Positions 18,937 to 28,820 of a stretch of DNA of 64,000 bases are shown here, one piece after another. Numbering within the stretch: position 1 is the stretch's first letter; the number at the start of each line of letters is the position of its first letter. Both the position numbers and the translations under genes were made by a program. Location of the stretch: positions 54,498 to 118,497 of the forward strand of contig JAVVEA010000002.1 in assembly GCA_032250835.1 (NCBI GenBank), written 5' to 3'. Below the pieces are notes generated by a model that was not told the DNA's origin, did not search any database, and saw only the letters and a list, made by a program, of their open reading frames with translations. This DNA is from a bacterium. Lineage in GTDB: Bacteria; SAR324; XYD2-FULL-50-16.

Positions 18937-21257
18937 TTACGCCCTTCAATCACCAAGAACCGGCGGCGGTCTTCGGACATACTCTTAAGAAAGGACTTGG
19001 CCTCTTCTTGGAAGGGTTGGTTCGCTTGGGAATCGCCGTAAAAATGCACTACCCAATCAAAATGAGGCCGGGCCTTTGCGTAGTCGCCCAAACGATAATG
19101 GCAGATACCACTCAAAAAGTTCCACTCCGCCTCTTCTTTAGGTAACGGAGGGTCGAGCTTAGACAAGACGCGCAAGCCCTCATGATGGCGGCTCAAGCTT
19201 TTGTCCAGTCGGGCTAACTTGAGCCACAATAGGCGCAACTCCGCGGGATCGGTCGCCTGATTGGCTTCCATTTCCTTAACCAACTGGTTGAATCCGGCAG
19301 GGTCAAAGCTCTTACCCATATATTGAGGGAAGTCCACCAACAGAATCCGCTGGCCCAGGCCCGGCTGGCTGGCGTTGAGGCGCAGCAACCGGTCAACCTT
19401 CGATTGCAGCGTCAATTCCTCTAGCTGGTGCTCATCCAATCTGAAGGGGACCTCGGCACCGCAGCCCTTACAGCGGAAGGGGTTAGGCGTCCAGACCGAA
19501 TGATCGTCAAGCCTCCCGGCGGTCTGGATGGCCCCTTCGTCTACATAGATCACGTCAGCAAAATATTGATAGCTGTTCCCACAGGCATGGCAAAACAAAC
19601 GGACCGGCTTTTTCATGCCCGGCTGACCGGCGCTCATGACCCGCTTTAGATCGGCCTGGGCCGCTTCCATCAAAGGTTTTTCGAAGGCGAAACACAAAAA
19701 GGCCAGCAGGCGGGCTAGGTCGAACTCGCCGGGCTGGTAAATCGCTTCGAGTTTGGGGATCAGAGCCGCATCGGGCATCAACTCCAAGGTGCGGTACAAA
19801 AAGTCGGCATGGTACCGGTGCAGGACCTCAAAATTCCGGTTGATCAACACCTTGGCTTGATCGGTGGGGCGCAGTTGGAAGAGCTGCAGGGCATAATCAA
19901 CGGAAGTCCGGTCCGCTCGGGCTAAGAAGTCCTCAAAGTTGACCAAATACAGCTGAATCAACCCATCGGCCAGCGCGCTGTCCACCACCGGATTGGGAAA
20001 GATCGAAGGGTAGGGCACCGGATACCCAAGTAACTCACCCCGGAAAAAAGACCAAAGCAGTTCCGAGGTACGGTTGGTCACCCCGAAGGGGCTCGTCTTG
20101 TGCTCGATCTTCAGTTGTTCTTCGTCCCAGTCCGGCGGGCTGGGGAAGAATCGCTGTAACAATACCTGCCGCGCTTTACCGGTCAAGAGGGCCGAATGAT
20201 AATAAGCGGCGATTTCCTCTAGATGGTTTTCCGGATTTTCCAGCCAACGTTCCAAGGTCCGTTCGGTCTGTAAACTCAAAGGCAGGGCCAACAGTAATTC
20301 CAACTCCAGGTGCAAGCTCCTGGGGGTGGTGGCTTGGAAGTGTGTTAGATGCCGCTCAAAGGCGCTGACCAACCAGAGGGCTTTTTGGTCCGGATGCTCT
20401 TCGGGCATTCCATCTAACAGCCGCTCCAACCAGCCCTGCAACCCTTTAATCATGCGTTCGGGGGCCTGTGGCGGGGCGGCGTCAATCCGGTCTAAGGACA
20501 GTCCGGCGGCTTCGACTTCGTTCCAGAAAGGCTCTAAGCTAGCTTGAGGGCCCCGACAAAGTAAACCGCAGGCCTGAGAATAGATCGCCCGAGGCCCAAA
20601 GGCCCGCACCAAAGAGTCCCCAACCCAGCGGCAAAGTTCTACAGAGCCCACCTCGCGCCGCAGCAACTGCAAGGGTTCTAGGTCGCCGTGGTGGTCACGT
20701 AGCTGGAAGTAATAGTCCATCAAAACGTCAAAGCGGCGGCGGTTGGTGCAATGGGGCAGCAACTGGCAGAAGAGGGTGACCGAAATTACCGGGTCGCGCA
20801 CAAAGTCGTCGAGCCTTGCCAAGAGTTCGTCCACCGCCTCAGGGTCGACCTGAAGCCAAGAAAAGAGCGCCATCTCCAATTCCAACCGGGTCGCCCGACC
20901 TCCGACCAAGGCCTGATGGGCCCAACGAGAGAGTAAGTTTTCGGTAAAGTCGCCGGGGAACCGGCTGAGGCAATAGGCGGCTTGATATTTTAGTTGCCCT
21001 TCGGCCTCGCGGAAGAGTTTGACCGCCAGGGGGACTAATTGCTGGACCTCGGTGGGCTCTTTGGCGCGTTCGGCCAGTTCCACTAGGGCCGCTTCTTGGA
21101 TTAAAGGCAGCGGGGAACTGAGCAATGCTTCTAAGCAGTCTTCGCGCTCCTCACCGCGCAACAATTGCAGCGCTCCCCAATGAGCCAGCGGAGCGTAATC
21201 GCTCGACAAGCAACGGTAGAGAAAGTCCTTGGGGTAGGTGATGTCTGCAAGCAGCAT
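18933..21257 (-). CDS. Hypothetical helical-repeat protein with a CxxC...CxxC zinc-ribbon-like segment and C-terminal TPR
   Basis: 774 aa. HEAT-like N-terminus, CHAC...CKGC, TPR-like WNFLSGICHYRLGDYAKARPHF. Confidence 0.6.
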   Translation of the reverse strand: MLLADITYPKDFLYRCLSSDYAPLAHWGALQLLRGEEREDCLEALLSSPLPLIQEAALVELAERAKEPTEVQQLVPLAVKLFREAEGQLKYQAAYCLSRFPGDFTENLLSRWAHQALVGGRATRLELEMALFSWLQVDPEAVDELLARLDDFVRDPVISVTLFCQLLPHCTNRRRFDVLMDYYFQLRDHHGDLEPLQLLRREVGSVELCRWVGDSLVRAFGPRAIYSQACGLLCRGPQASLEPFWNEVEAAGLSLDRIDAAPPQAPERMIKGLQGWLERLLDGMPEEHPDQKALWLVSAFERHLTHFQATTPRSLHLELELLLALPLSLQTERTLERWLENPENHLEEIAAYYHSALLTGKARQVLLQRFFPSPPDWDEEQLKIEHKTSPFGVTNRTSELLWSFFRGELLGYPVPYPSIFPNPVVDSALADGLIQLYLVNFEDFLARADRTSVDYALQLFQLRPTDQAKVLINRNFEVLHRYHADFLYRTLELMPDAALIPKLEAIYQPGEFDLARLLAFLCFAFEKPLMEAAQADLKRVMSAGQPGMKKPVRLFCHACGNSYQYFADVIYVDEGAIQTAGRLDDHSVWTPNPFRCKGCGAEVPFRLDEHQLEELTLQSKVDRLLRLNASQPGLGQRILLVDFPQYMGKSFDPAGFNQLVKEMEANQATDPAELRLLWLKLARLDKSLSRHHEGLRVLSKLDPPLPKEEAEWNFLSGICHYRLGDYAKARPHFDWVVHFYGDSQANQPFQEEAKSFLKSMSEDRRRFLVIEGRK

Positions 21258-21318
21258 AGGGCGTTGGGTTGTAATGGTGCGCCCTAATTTAGCCCGTTAG
21301 GGTCCGTCAGGGCAAGCG

Positions 21319-22164
21319 CTAATTAGCCTTAGGGCCTTTATATTCCTTCAGCTTTTCGATCAAATAGTCCGACTGGGCGGCAAAGACCTCTCCTTGTTCA
21401 CCCAAAAATTCGCGGGCATTTAAGAAGTGTTGCTCGAAAGTCGCCTCGTCTTTTTTGACGATCAGCTTATAATGCTCTTCGGCTTCGCCCAAAAAATCTT
21501 TAAGGACCGAGAGGTTCTCGGCGTTATCCATCAAGATATGGGTGTACAGATGGGGGTCGCGCTGCAAGATGCGGCAGGCAAAGGCAAAGTTCGCTTGGTA
21601 GACCGGCGACATGATCTGCAAGATGGTACTCAGGTCCACCTGGCGCTTGGCCAAGACGCGGCTGAAGGTGATATGCAAAAAGTGCATCAACCCCTGGATC
21701 ACACTCATCGACTCATCGTGTTTCTTCCAGTCCTCCATCACCACGACGTTTAACCCCAGCTCTTTATAGAGCCGCTCCATTTGGTGCAGACGCTTCCCTC
21801 CATTGACTGGCAACAGGATCACGTTGTGCCCCTTCAGACTGGGGACCTCACCAAACATGGGGTGGGCGCTGATCACCTGGGCTGGGGTTTCCAGCATACG
21901 CGGGATCACCTTGGCTTTGATGGAAGTGAAGTCCGAAAGGAGGTGTTGGGGCGTGAGCCAAGGGGTGATCCGTTGGATCACCTCGGGGGTCTTTTCGATG
22001 GGGACCGAAACAATCACCAACTCCGAATTAAGGACCAGCGCCTTTTCCTGCTCTAGGTCCTTTGAGCCGCTGACCATAACCTCTTTACCCAGCGCTTCCC
22101 AAGCGGGCACAAACATCCGGCCCATCATGCCCGTACCGCCGATGATGCCGATGCGCTGGATCAT
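21319..22164 (-). CDS. tyrA: Prephenate/arogenate dehydrogenase
   Basis: IGIIGGTGMMG, DFTSIK, HPMFG, HDESMSVIQGLMH. Confidence 0.88.
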   Translation of the reverse strand: MIQRIGIIGGTGMMGRMFVPAWEALGKEVMVSGSKDLEQEKALVLNSELVIVSVPIEKTPEVIQRITPWLTPQHLLSDFTSIKAKVIPRMLETPAQVISAHPMFGEVPSLKGHNVILLPVNGGKRLHQMERLYKELGLNVVVMEDWKKHDESMSVIQGLMHFLHITFSRVLAKRQVDLSTILQIMSPVYQANFAFACRILQRDPHLYTHILMDNAENLSVLKDFLGEAEEHYKLIVKKDEATFEQHFLNAREFLGEQGEVFAAQSDYLIEKLKEYKGPKAN

Positions 22165-22886
22165 CCCGCAAAGACCTCAAAGTCCTTCACCCCGGCCTTG
22201 GCTAAGTCGCCTTCATCGTTGATCGAGATGGCGTCAAAGGGAAGAGGGATGCAGTTGAGCTTAAAACCATTATCCAAGGCGCGCATCTGCTCAAGGCGGT
22301 AGGCGGTCTCCAAGGGCGAAGGCGGCAAAGCACAAAAGGTCTCTAAAAATTCGGGCGTGTAGATATATACGGAGGTGTGTTTGTAGGCCCGCTCCAACCG
22401 CTCGCGAGTAAAAATCAGGGCATTTTGGTCCAAATCTAAAACCACTTTGGCTACGTTGGGGTCCGCTTGCTCGGCTTCGGTGATTTCGGTGACGCTGGTC
22501 AAGAAGCTGGCCTTTTTTAAGCGCTCAGGCAACTGGGCCAGCACTTGGGTTATCATGCGGGGGTCGATGAAGGGCTCGTCGCCCTGGACGTTGAGGATCA
22601 CGTCAAAATCACCCAAATCGGCCGACACCTTGCGGTAGGCCTCTAGGACTCGTTCGGTGCCGCAGCTATGCTCCACCTTGGTGATCACCGGAATCACGCC
22701 CTCTAGCCCCTGGGCCTCGTCCAAAATCCGTTGGTCGTCGGCCGCTAAGACCACCGGTGCCGCGCCGCTAGCCAAAACCCGCTCAAGAGTCCGGCGGATC
22801 ATGCTGGTCCCGTTGATTTTGAGCAGTGGCTTGTTGGGCAGCCTAGTCGAGGCCAACCTCGCCGGGACGATCACCAAAGAACGCAT
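22161..22886 (-). CDS. kdsB: 3-deoxy-manno-octulosonate cytidylyltransferase
   Basis: PARLASTRLPNKPL, GTER, NVQGDEP, LEQMRAL. Confidence 0.93.
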   Translation of the reverse strand: MRSLVIVPARLASTRLPNKPLLKINGTSMIRRTLERVLASGAAPVVLAADDQRILDEAQGLEGVIPVITKVEHSCGTERVLEAYRKVSADLGDFDVILNVQGDEPFIDPRMITQVLAQLPERLKKASFLTSVTEITEAEQADPNVAKVVLDLDQNALIFTRERLERAYKHTSVYIYTPEFLETFCALPPSPLETAYRLEQMRALDNGFKLNCIPLPFDAISINDEGDLAKAGVKDFEVFAG

Positions 22887-23707
22887 CAGTCCATCCCCGC
22901 CACGAACTTGGCGATTTTAAAATAGTTGGTGATCCGCACTTCGGCTTCGGCAAAGCTGAGTTGGCTGGCGGCGTCGCAAAGCGCCTTGGCGGGCTCAGGG
23001 TGGACTTCCACAAACAACCCCGCCAGATTGGTAGCCGCCGCAGCGGCCATCAGGGTCGGCAAAAATTCCTTGGCCCCACCCTTGGGGTCTGAACTGGGTA
23101 CACCGTATTTACGGATCGAATGGCCGGCATCGAAGATCACCGGATAGCCGGTTTCTTTCATGATGTGGAACGCGCGGGGGTCTACCACCAAGTCGCGGTA
23201 GCCAAAACAGGTGCCCCGTTCGGTCAGTAGGATTTTTTTGTTGCCCGTAGACTCCACCTTCTTGACCACCTTCCCCATGTCTTCGGGGTGCAGGAACTGG
23301 GCTTTCTTGAGGTTGATCGCCTTGCCGGTGTTGGCCATGGCCAAGACCAATTCGGTTTGCATCGCCAAGTAGGCGGGGATCTGCAAAATATCGATCACTT
23401 CGGCGACGCCTTCGTCCAGTTCGCTGGGGTAGTGCACGTCGCTGATGGTGGTCAGGCCAAACTGCTCCTTGACCTCTTGATAGATTTTTAAGGCTTGATC
23501 CATGGGCAGGCCCGAAAAGAAGTCAGCCGAAGAACGGTTGTCCTTTTTGTAGCTCGCCTTAAAGACATAATCCACATCCAGCCGTTCTGATAGTCCCTTT
23601 AAGAACTCGGCGGTGCGCATCGCCAGATCGCGGGTTTCCAGCACGCAGTTTCCGGCCAGCAGCAATTGCCGCCCCGGGGTTAGGGTCAGAGTTTCGCTTA
23701 ATTTCAT
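22886..23707 (-). CDS. kdsA: 3-deoxy-8-phosphooctulonate (KDO8P) synthase
   Basis: FKASYKKDNRSS, LQIPAYL, KKAQF, TERGTCFGY, EVHPEPAKALCD. Confidence 0.93.
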   Translation of the reverse strand: MKLSETLTLTPGRQLLLAGNCVLETRDLAMRTAEFLKGLSERLDVDYVFKASYKKDNRSSADFFSGLPMDQALKIYQEVKEQFGLTTISDVHYPSELDEGVAEVIDILQIPAYLAMQTELVLAMANTGKAINLKKAQFLHPEDMGKVVKKVESTGNKKILLTERGTCFGYRDLVVDPRAFHIMKETGYPVIFDAGHSIRKYGVPSSDPKGGAKEFLPTLMAAAAATNLAGLFVEVHPEPAKALCDAASQLSFAEAEVRITNYFKIAKFVAGMD

Positions 23708-23721
23708 GGGGGCTCCAGGGT

Positions 23722-24330
23722 TCAAGCGCCGAGGCTATTAAAAAAGCCGCTGCGCCAGAGGATGGCCAGATAGAGGATGACCGCCGTGGTCAGGGTGTTT
23801 TTCTCGGACTTGATCGCCCTGGCATATTCGCCTTGGATGTTCTCCAAGACACCGGGCGTTTCGGCGCGGGTCAGGCGGGGGAACCAACGGGGGACTAGAT
23901 GGCGGTAGTCCTCATAGGCCTGACCGAACTTGTTGACCAAGTTACTCTCTTCCCAGGCAACCACCGGGATGTATTGGGCGAAGAAGACCAACACGAAGAA
24001 GACCACAAAGTCGTAGGCAAAAAAGAAATGTACGTTGCTAACCACCACCAAGCCGCCCGAAAGGAGCAGGTTGCCGATGTAAAGCGGGTTGCGCACATGG
24101 GCGAAGGGCCCACCGCTGATCACCTTTTGCCCCGTTGAATAGCTCCGGGTCCGGCTGACGCCGCCGATATAGGCCACGCCATGGACCCGTACCAACTCAC
24201 CAAGGATCATCAGCAGGCTGCCGGCAATCAGACTTTCTTGGTTCGCTTGGCCAAGCCAAAGCATCACCACAATAAAGGGAAGCGGGGTATAATCCCGGTA
24301 TTTAAAGAGGATCTCGCCAAGTTTGAGCAT
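23722..24330 (-). CDS. ICMT/PEMT-family membrane methyltransferase (LmtA-like)
   Basis: GEILFKYRDYTP, GPFAHVRNPLYIGN, WEESNLVNKFGQAYEDY...VPRWFP. Confidence 0.8.
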   Translation of the reverse strand: MLKLGEILFKYRDYTPLPFIVVMLWLGQANQESLIAGSLLMILGELVRVHGVAYIGGVSRTRSYSTGQKVISGGPFAHVRNPLYIGNLLLSGGLVVVSNVHFFFAYDFVVFFVLVFFAQYIPVVAWEESNLVNKFGQAYEDYRHLVPRWFPRLTRAETPGVLENIQGEYARAIKSEKNTLTTAVILYLAILWRSGFFNSLGA

Positions 24331-24486
24331 GCTGGTCCTTATAGATTTGGGAATCCTTGATGAAAGCCCAAGGGCCCCGGTCTGTCAAGCCCCCTTTGCC
24401 CACCAAAAGGGCTTGGCTGCGGGCCCTGGCTCTGCCACAATGACGGGCAAGGGATTGGGTTAGAATATTTTATCTTGGTTAAACAC

Positions 24487-27408
24487 ATGAAGCCTCTCTG
24501 GACCGCTGTTTTGATCCTCATTTGGACCCCTGGGTTGATCGCCCAGACCCAACTGACCCCACAGGACCAAATCGTCCGCTCCAACTATCTAGAACAAAAG
24601 GAGCCCCCACGCAGCCGGGCCCACCAGCTCGACCCCCGCCGCCCCGAGCGGATCGCCGAGCCCTACAGCCCGCAGATCCTAGTGGCCAACTATGCCTTTG
24701 AAGAAGACCTACCCAAAAACCTCAAACTCCACTGGCTGACCCGTATCTCCGGTAAATTGGCCGCCATTTTCCTGGGCAGTCGGGGCGTTTTTGAACAGGG
24801 GGTGCAACTTTATCAAGCAGAAGAATACGCCGAAGCCGCCCGGCGGTTTGAATCGATCTACCAGCGCAGCGGCAAAGGAGAACAACGAGCGGCCCTTTGG
24901 CTGGCTTGGAGCAAATATCAGCTAGGCGAGATGGACGAGAGCTTTAAGCTCGCAAGACTGTTGCAGTCCGCCGAAGACCCCCAAATCGCGCAGGAAGCCT
25001 ATTACCTTAGCGCCCTACACCGCCACCGCCGAGGCGACTTAGAAGGCCTCGATAAACTCTCAAGCCGGGCTTTGGGGACCTTTGATAAGGAGCAACGGGG
25101 CTTTAGGCTCCGTTACGCGCTCTTGGTGGCCCAGGTTAAACTGCAACACTGGCCCCAGGCTCGGGGCTTGCTCGACGAATTACAACAAGAGCACCTGACC
25201 TACAGCCCCTATTATGGCAAAATCAAAGAAATCGCCGGGGTTATCGCCTACCACGAAGACGACTTCAAACGGGCTTTAGCCGAGTTTGAACGGGCCCGGC
25301 AAGCAGACCCACGGGCCTTTGCCCAATCCGAAAACCTGCGTTATTCGGCCTGGCTCCTGTACCTTAGCGGAGACTACCCCGGCGCTATCGAGCGCGCCGA
25401 TCAAGTCTTGAACGATCCCTTGCCCCAAAACCGAGAGGAACTGGTCTACCTTAAAATCGCCGCCTTGACCCACCTGGCACAAGGAGACGCCATCGGGGTA
25501 TGGTTGAGCCAACTCCCCCTGGATTCTCCTTTCCACGCCTTTGCGGCCTTTCAGGTCAAGGCCTTCTTAAAAGACTTAGACCAACGGCCCGGCTTGGTCG
25601 CCCAGGTGGCCCAGGTTAGCTTGCCCTTTAAAAACCTGCGTTTTTATGCCGCCCTACTCGACGGCAACGCCTTCTTTAGAGCCGGACAGTATGAAGAGGC
25701 CCGCCAGGAATACCAAAAGGCCCAATCCCAGCAAACCGAAGGACATTACCAATGGATTGCTCAATACAACTTAGGCCTGATCGACCTCACCCAAGAAAAA
25801 TGGGAGAAGGCCCGCCAAAACTTTGCTGCCTTAAAAAAAGCCAAGGAACCGGAAAACAAAAAGTGGCTGACCTACCACCTGCTCTATACCTTATATAAAC
25901 TCAACCAATCCGATGGCTTCGCTAAGGAATTTGCCGCAGCGGACCTTTCGGAGTTGGACCAGGAAATCCAATGGGAGGTGCATATCCTACGAGGCAACCT
26001 CCTTTTGGCCCAAGGCAAGACCGACCTAGCCGTCAAATCTTTCCTTTGGGGTTGGAAGCAGGGGGAACGGCCTGAGGCTTTGGAGTACGCGGCCCAAACC
26101 CTCTATGGAGCCAACCGCTTCACTCAGGTTATCAACTTAGTCAAAGAGCACCGGCAAGTCTCCAGCGACATCCTCTTAAGCTATGAAATCCGCAGCCTCT
26201 TAGGCCTGCACCGTTTTCGAGAGGCAAAAGACCGCTTAGAAGCCCGTGGTTACGTAGGCGAGCGCCTCTTGGCCTTACACGTAGAGGTCTGGTTGGCGGC
26301 CCAAGAATCGGAACGGATCATCGCTCGGGTGCGTCCGCTGCTCAAGGCCCCGGAGCTTAAGGACGAGCGCCGCAAAGCCTATTACCTGACCTTGGCCGAC
26401 GCTTACTTTAACTTAAAGGATTTCGACGCAGCCCGCCAACAATATGCCCAAGCTTTAGAGCTAACGACCGAGACCGCCGAGCGGAGTCCTTTGGTTTATA
26501 GTTTGGTCTTGACCCACTACCGCCAACCGGACCGCCCGGCCTTCATCAGAGAAGCGGACCGGGCCCTAGCCGCCGAATCCCTGACCCCCGGCGTGCGTTT
26601 GAATTTAAGCCTGCTCTTGGCGTCGGTCTATCTAGAACAAGACCAACCCCAAGCGGCCCGCGAGCTCCTGGCCGCCGAAGAAGCCAAAGTCGGGGAGTTG
26701 GGCGGCAAGCTGCGCAACCGCCGCGCCCAACTGGCCTTTGAGCAAGGCGACTACCCCGAGTGCGCCGCGCTGGGCGCTCAAGCTCCCGCCCAGATGAGCC
26801 CCTATGAGCAGATCGATCTCGCGTTGACCAGCGCCCAATGCCAGCTCGAATTGGGCCGAGGCGAAGCCGCCCAGAGGCAGTTACAAACCCTGCCCAAAGT
26901 GAAGGGCTACCGTAGTGCAGAGTTGCATTTATTCCTGGCCGAGGCGCTTTCACAGCTAGGTCAAGCCGAGGCGTCTCAAAAAGAACTGGTAGGTCTTCAA
27001 GCCCAAAAGCTCTCGGCAAGGCTGGCCCAAAAGGCTCGCCTGAGCGAAACCCGCAACTTAATCGCCTTAAACCGTCCCGAAGAAGCCGCCAAAAAGCTGG
27101 GCGATTGGCAAGACTACCGCGCCCATGGCTTAGAAGAACAGGCCTTAAAACTCAACGCCGCCATTGGCCTCAAACAAGAAGACCCCGAAGAAGCCGCCAG
27201 GGCTTTGCTCCGATTGCATTACGACCAGAACCTAAGCGCCGCCAAAAAGGCCGACATTGATTTAAAATTGGCCCAAATCTATTTAGAACTCAAACGCCCC
27301 GAAAGGGCCCAAGAATTTTTGGCAGGCCTACCCAAGGAACTTAGCGAAGCTCAGAGGGCCCAAAAGAGCGCTCTAGAAAAAGAACTCAAGAACCTAACGA
27401 CCCCATAA
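24487..27408 (+). CDS. Exported tetratricopeptide-repeat protein
   Basis: Signal-peptide-like N-terminus (MKPLWTAVLILIWTPGLIA) followed by many TPR-like helices. Confidence 0.75.
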   Translation: MKPLWTAVLILIWTPGLIAQTQLTPQDQIVRSNYLEQKEPPRSRAHQLDPRRPERIAEPYSPQILVANYAFEEDLPKNLKLHWLTRISGKLAAIFLGSRGVFEQGVQLYQAEEYAEAARRFESIYQRSGKGEQRAALWLAWSKYQLGEMDESFKLARLLQSAEDPQIAQEAYYLSALHRHRRGDLEGLDKLSSRALGTFDKEQRGFRLRYALLVAQVKLQHWPQARGLLDELQQEHLTYSPYYGKIKEIAGVIAYHEDDFKRALAEFERARQADPRAFAQSENLRYSAWLLYLSGDYPGAIERADQVLNDPLPQNREELVYLKIAALTHLAQGDAIGVWLSQLPLDSPFHAFAAFQVKAFLKDLDQRPGLVAQVAQVSLPFKNLRFYAALLDGNAFFRAGQYEEARQEYQKAQSQQTEGHYQWIAQYNLGLIDLTQEKWEKARQNFAALKKAKEPENKKWLTYHLLYTLYKLNQSDGFAKEFAAADLSELDQEIQWEVHILRGNLLLAQGKTDLAVKSFLWGWKQGERPEALEYAAQTLYGANRFTQVINLVKEHRQVSSDILLSYEIRSLLGLHRFREAKDRLEARGYVGERLLALHVEVWLAAQESERIIARVRPLLKAPELKDERRKAYYLTLADAYFNLKDFDAARQQYAQALELTTETAERSPLVYSLVLTHYRQPDRPAFIREADRALAAESLTPGVRLNLSLLLASVYLEQDQPQAARELLAAEEAKVGELGGKLRNRRAQLAFEQGDYPECAALGAQAPAQMSPYEQIDLALTSAQCQLELGRGEAAQRQLQTLPKVKGYRSAELHLFLAEALSQLGQAEASQKELVGLQAQKLSARLAQKARLSETRNLIALNRPEEAAKKLGDWQDYRAHGLEEQALKLNAAIGLKQEDPEEAARALLRLHYDQNLSAAKKADIDLKLAQIYLELKRPERAQEFLAGLPKELSEAQRAQKSALEKELKNLTTP

Positions 27409-27413
27409 GAACC

Positions 27414-27827
27414 ATGAAAAAACTGACCGGAGCACCGCTCGCCATTCTGGCTATCTTCGTTACCTGGACCCTTTTGGATTTTGTGATCCATGGCTTGGTT
27501 TTGGGCCGGTATTATAAGGCCCTGATGCCGCTGATCCGCCCGCCCCAAGATATGTCCTTGTGGCTGTTAAATGCTTTGATGCTGCTGATGGACTTAGTCT
27601 TTGTAGGCCTCTTTTATTACCTCAATGAACGGCGCGAAAAGAAGCAGGCCTTAGTCTACGGGTTGGTCATGGGCTTGCTGATGGGTTTTGTGATCGGCTG
27701 GGGCACCTGGACGGTGATCCCCATTCCGAACTATATGGCTTGGGTTTGGTTCTTGGGGACATGGGGCGAATTTCTGGTGGCAGGCGGCATCTTGGCGCTG
27801 ACGCTGCCGAAAAAACCAACCACTTAG
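27414..27827 (+). CDS. Small four-TM hypothetical membrane protein
   Basis: 137-aa hydrophobic ORF 6 bp after the TPR gene. Confidence 0.7.
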   Translation: MKKLTGAPLAILAIFVTWTLLDFVIHGLVLGRYYKALMPLIRPPQDMSLWLLNALMLLMDLVFVGLFYYLNERREKKQALVYGLVMGLLMGFVIGWGTWTVIPIPNYMAWVWFLGTWGEFLVAGGILALTLPKKPTT

Positions 27828-27834
27828 GGCTCGT

Positions 27835-27850
27835 TGTTTCACGTGAAACA
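27835..27850. promoter_or_regulatory. parS: parS site (ParB-binding palindrome)
   Basis: Perfect 16-bp palindrome TGTTTCACGTGAAACA, the canonical chromosomal parS consensus. Confidence 0.92.
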
Positions 27851-28739
27851 TCCCACCAAAGTCATTGCTTTGATCGGCCCCACCGCCAGCGGCAAGACGG
27901 GCTTTGCCGTCCAAGCGGCCCAGGCCCTTGGGGGCAGTATCCTGTCGGTGGATTCACGTCAGGTTTTTAAAGGAATGGACTTGGGCACCGGCAAAGACCT
28001 GCAAGAATACGAAGGGGTGCCCTATTATGGGATCGATATTTTAGACCCCACCGATGACTACTCGGTCGCTAAATTCCAAGCCAACGCCTTAAACTGGCTC
28101 CAGGAAATCACCGGAGCAGGCCGAGTCCCGATCCTCTGCGGCGGCAGCGGCCACTACCTCAAGGCCCTGATCCAAGACTATCCCTTCACCGCCCCGGCCA
28201 CAGACCGGTCTTACAGTGAGGCACTTGAAGAACGACCCCGGTCCGAGCTAGAGGCGCAGATGGATGCCCTAGGCTTGAGCGGGCCCCGAGATTCGTTGCG
28301 GAGGATGGCGCGCCAAATTGAAAGAGCCCTACGCCCCGCCAAGCCGTCCACAGAGCAGCCCAGTTTTAGTGAAGGGTACCAAATCCGTATATTTGCCCTC
28401 AATCCGCCACGCGACCAGCTACGCCAGCAGATCGGACTGCGCTTAGACCAGCGCCTTGCGGCGGGCATGGTAGACGAGGTGGTCAGGCTGCGGGCTCTAG
28501 GGGTGAGCGACGAGCGGCTGCGCCGGTTCGGTTTGGAGTATCGCTGGATTTTAGAGCACCTCTTGGGCCACCTGGACGCCGCACAAATGCGCGAGAAGCT
28601 TTATACCGCAATCTGCCAGTTCGCCAAGCGGCAGGTCACCTTCTTGCGGTACTTGCAAAAAGAAGGGGTCACCTGGGAGGAGGTGAAGCAAGTTACTGAG
28701 TTTGTCGAGCAGGCCCAACAATGGCTTGAGCAAGATTGA
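27843..28739 (+). CDS. miaA: tRNA dimethylallyltransferase
   Basis: GPTASGKT, DSRQVFKGMDLGTGK, CGGSGHY, FAKRQVTF. Start is GTG 27843 or TTG 27834. Confidence 0.93.
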   Translation: MKHPTKVIALIGPTASGKTGFAVQAAQALGGSILSVDSRQVFKGMDLGTGKDLQEYEGVPYYGIDILDPTDDYSVAKFQANALNWLQEITGAGRVPILCGGSGHYLKALIQDYPFTAPATDRSYSEALEERPRSELEAQMDALGLSGPRDSLRRMARQIERALRPAKPSTEQPSFSEGYQIRIFALNPPRDQLRQQIGLRLDQRLAAGMVDEVVRLRALGVSDERLRRFGLEYRWILEHLLGHLDAAQMREKLYTAICQFAKRQVTFLRYLQKEGVTWEEVKQVTEFVEQAQQWLEQD

Positions 28740-28764
28740 TTGGCGCAAGCTTTTGTGCTATCAT
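28736..28764 (+). promoter_or_regulatory. Putative sigma70 promoter for the 81-aa gene
   Basis: TTGATT-17 bp-TATCAT with a TGn extended -10. Confidence 0.5.
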
Positions 28765-28820
28765 AGCCGTGAATCCTTAGAACTGGACGCCCCGTCCCCC
28801 ATCAGTAATCAGGAGGCAAA

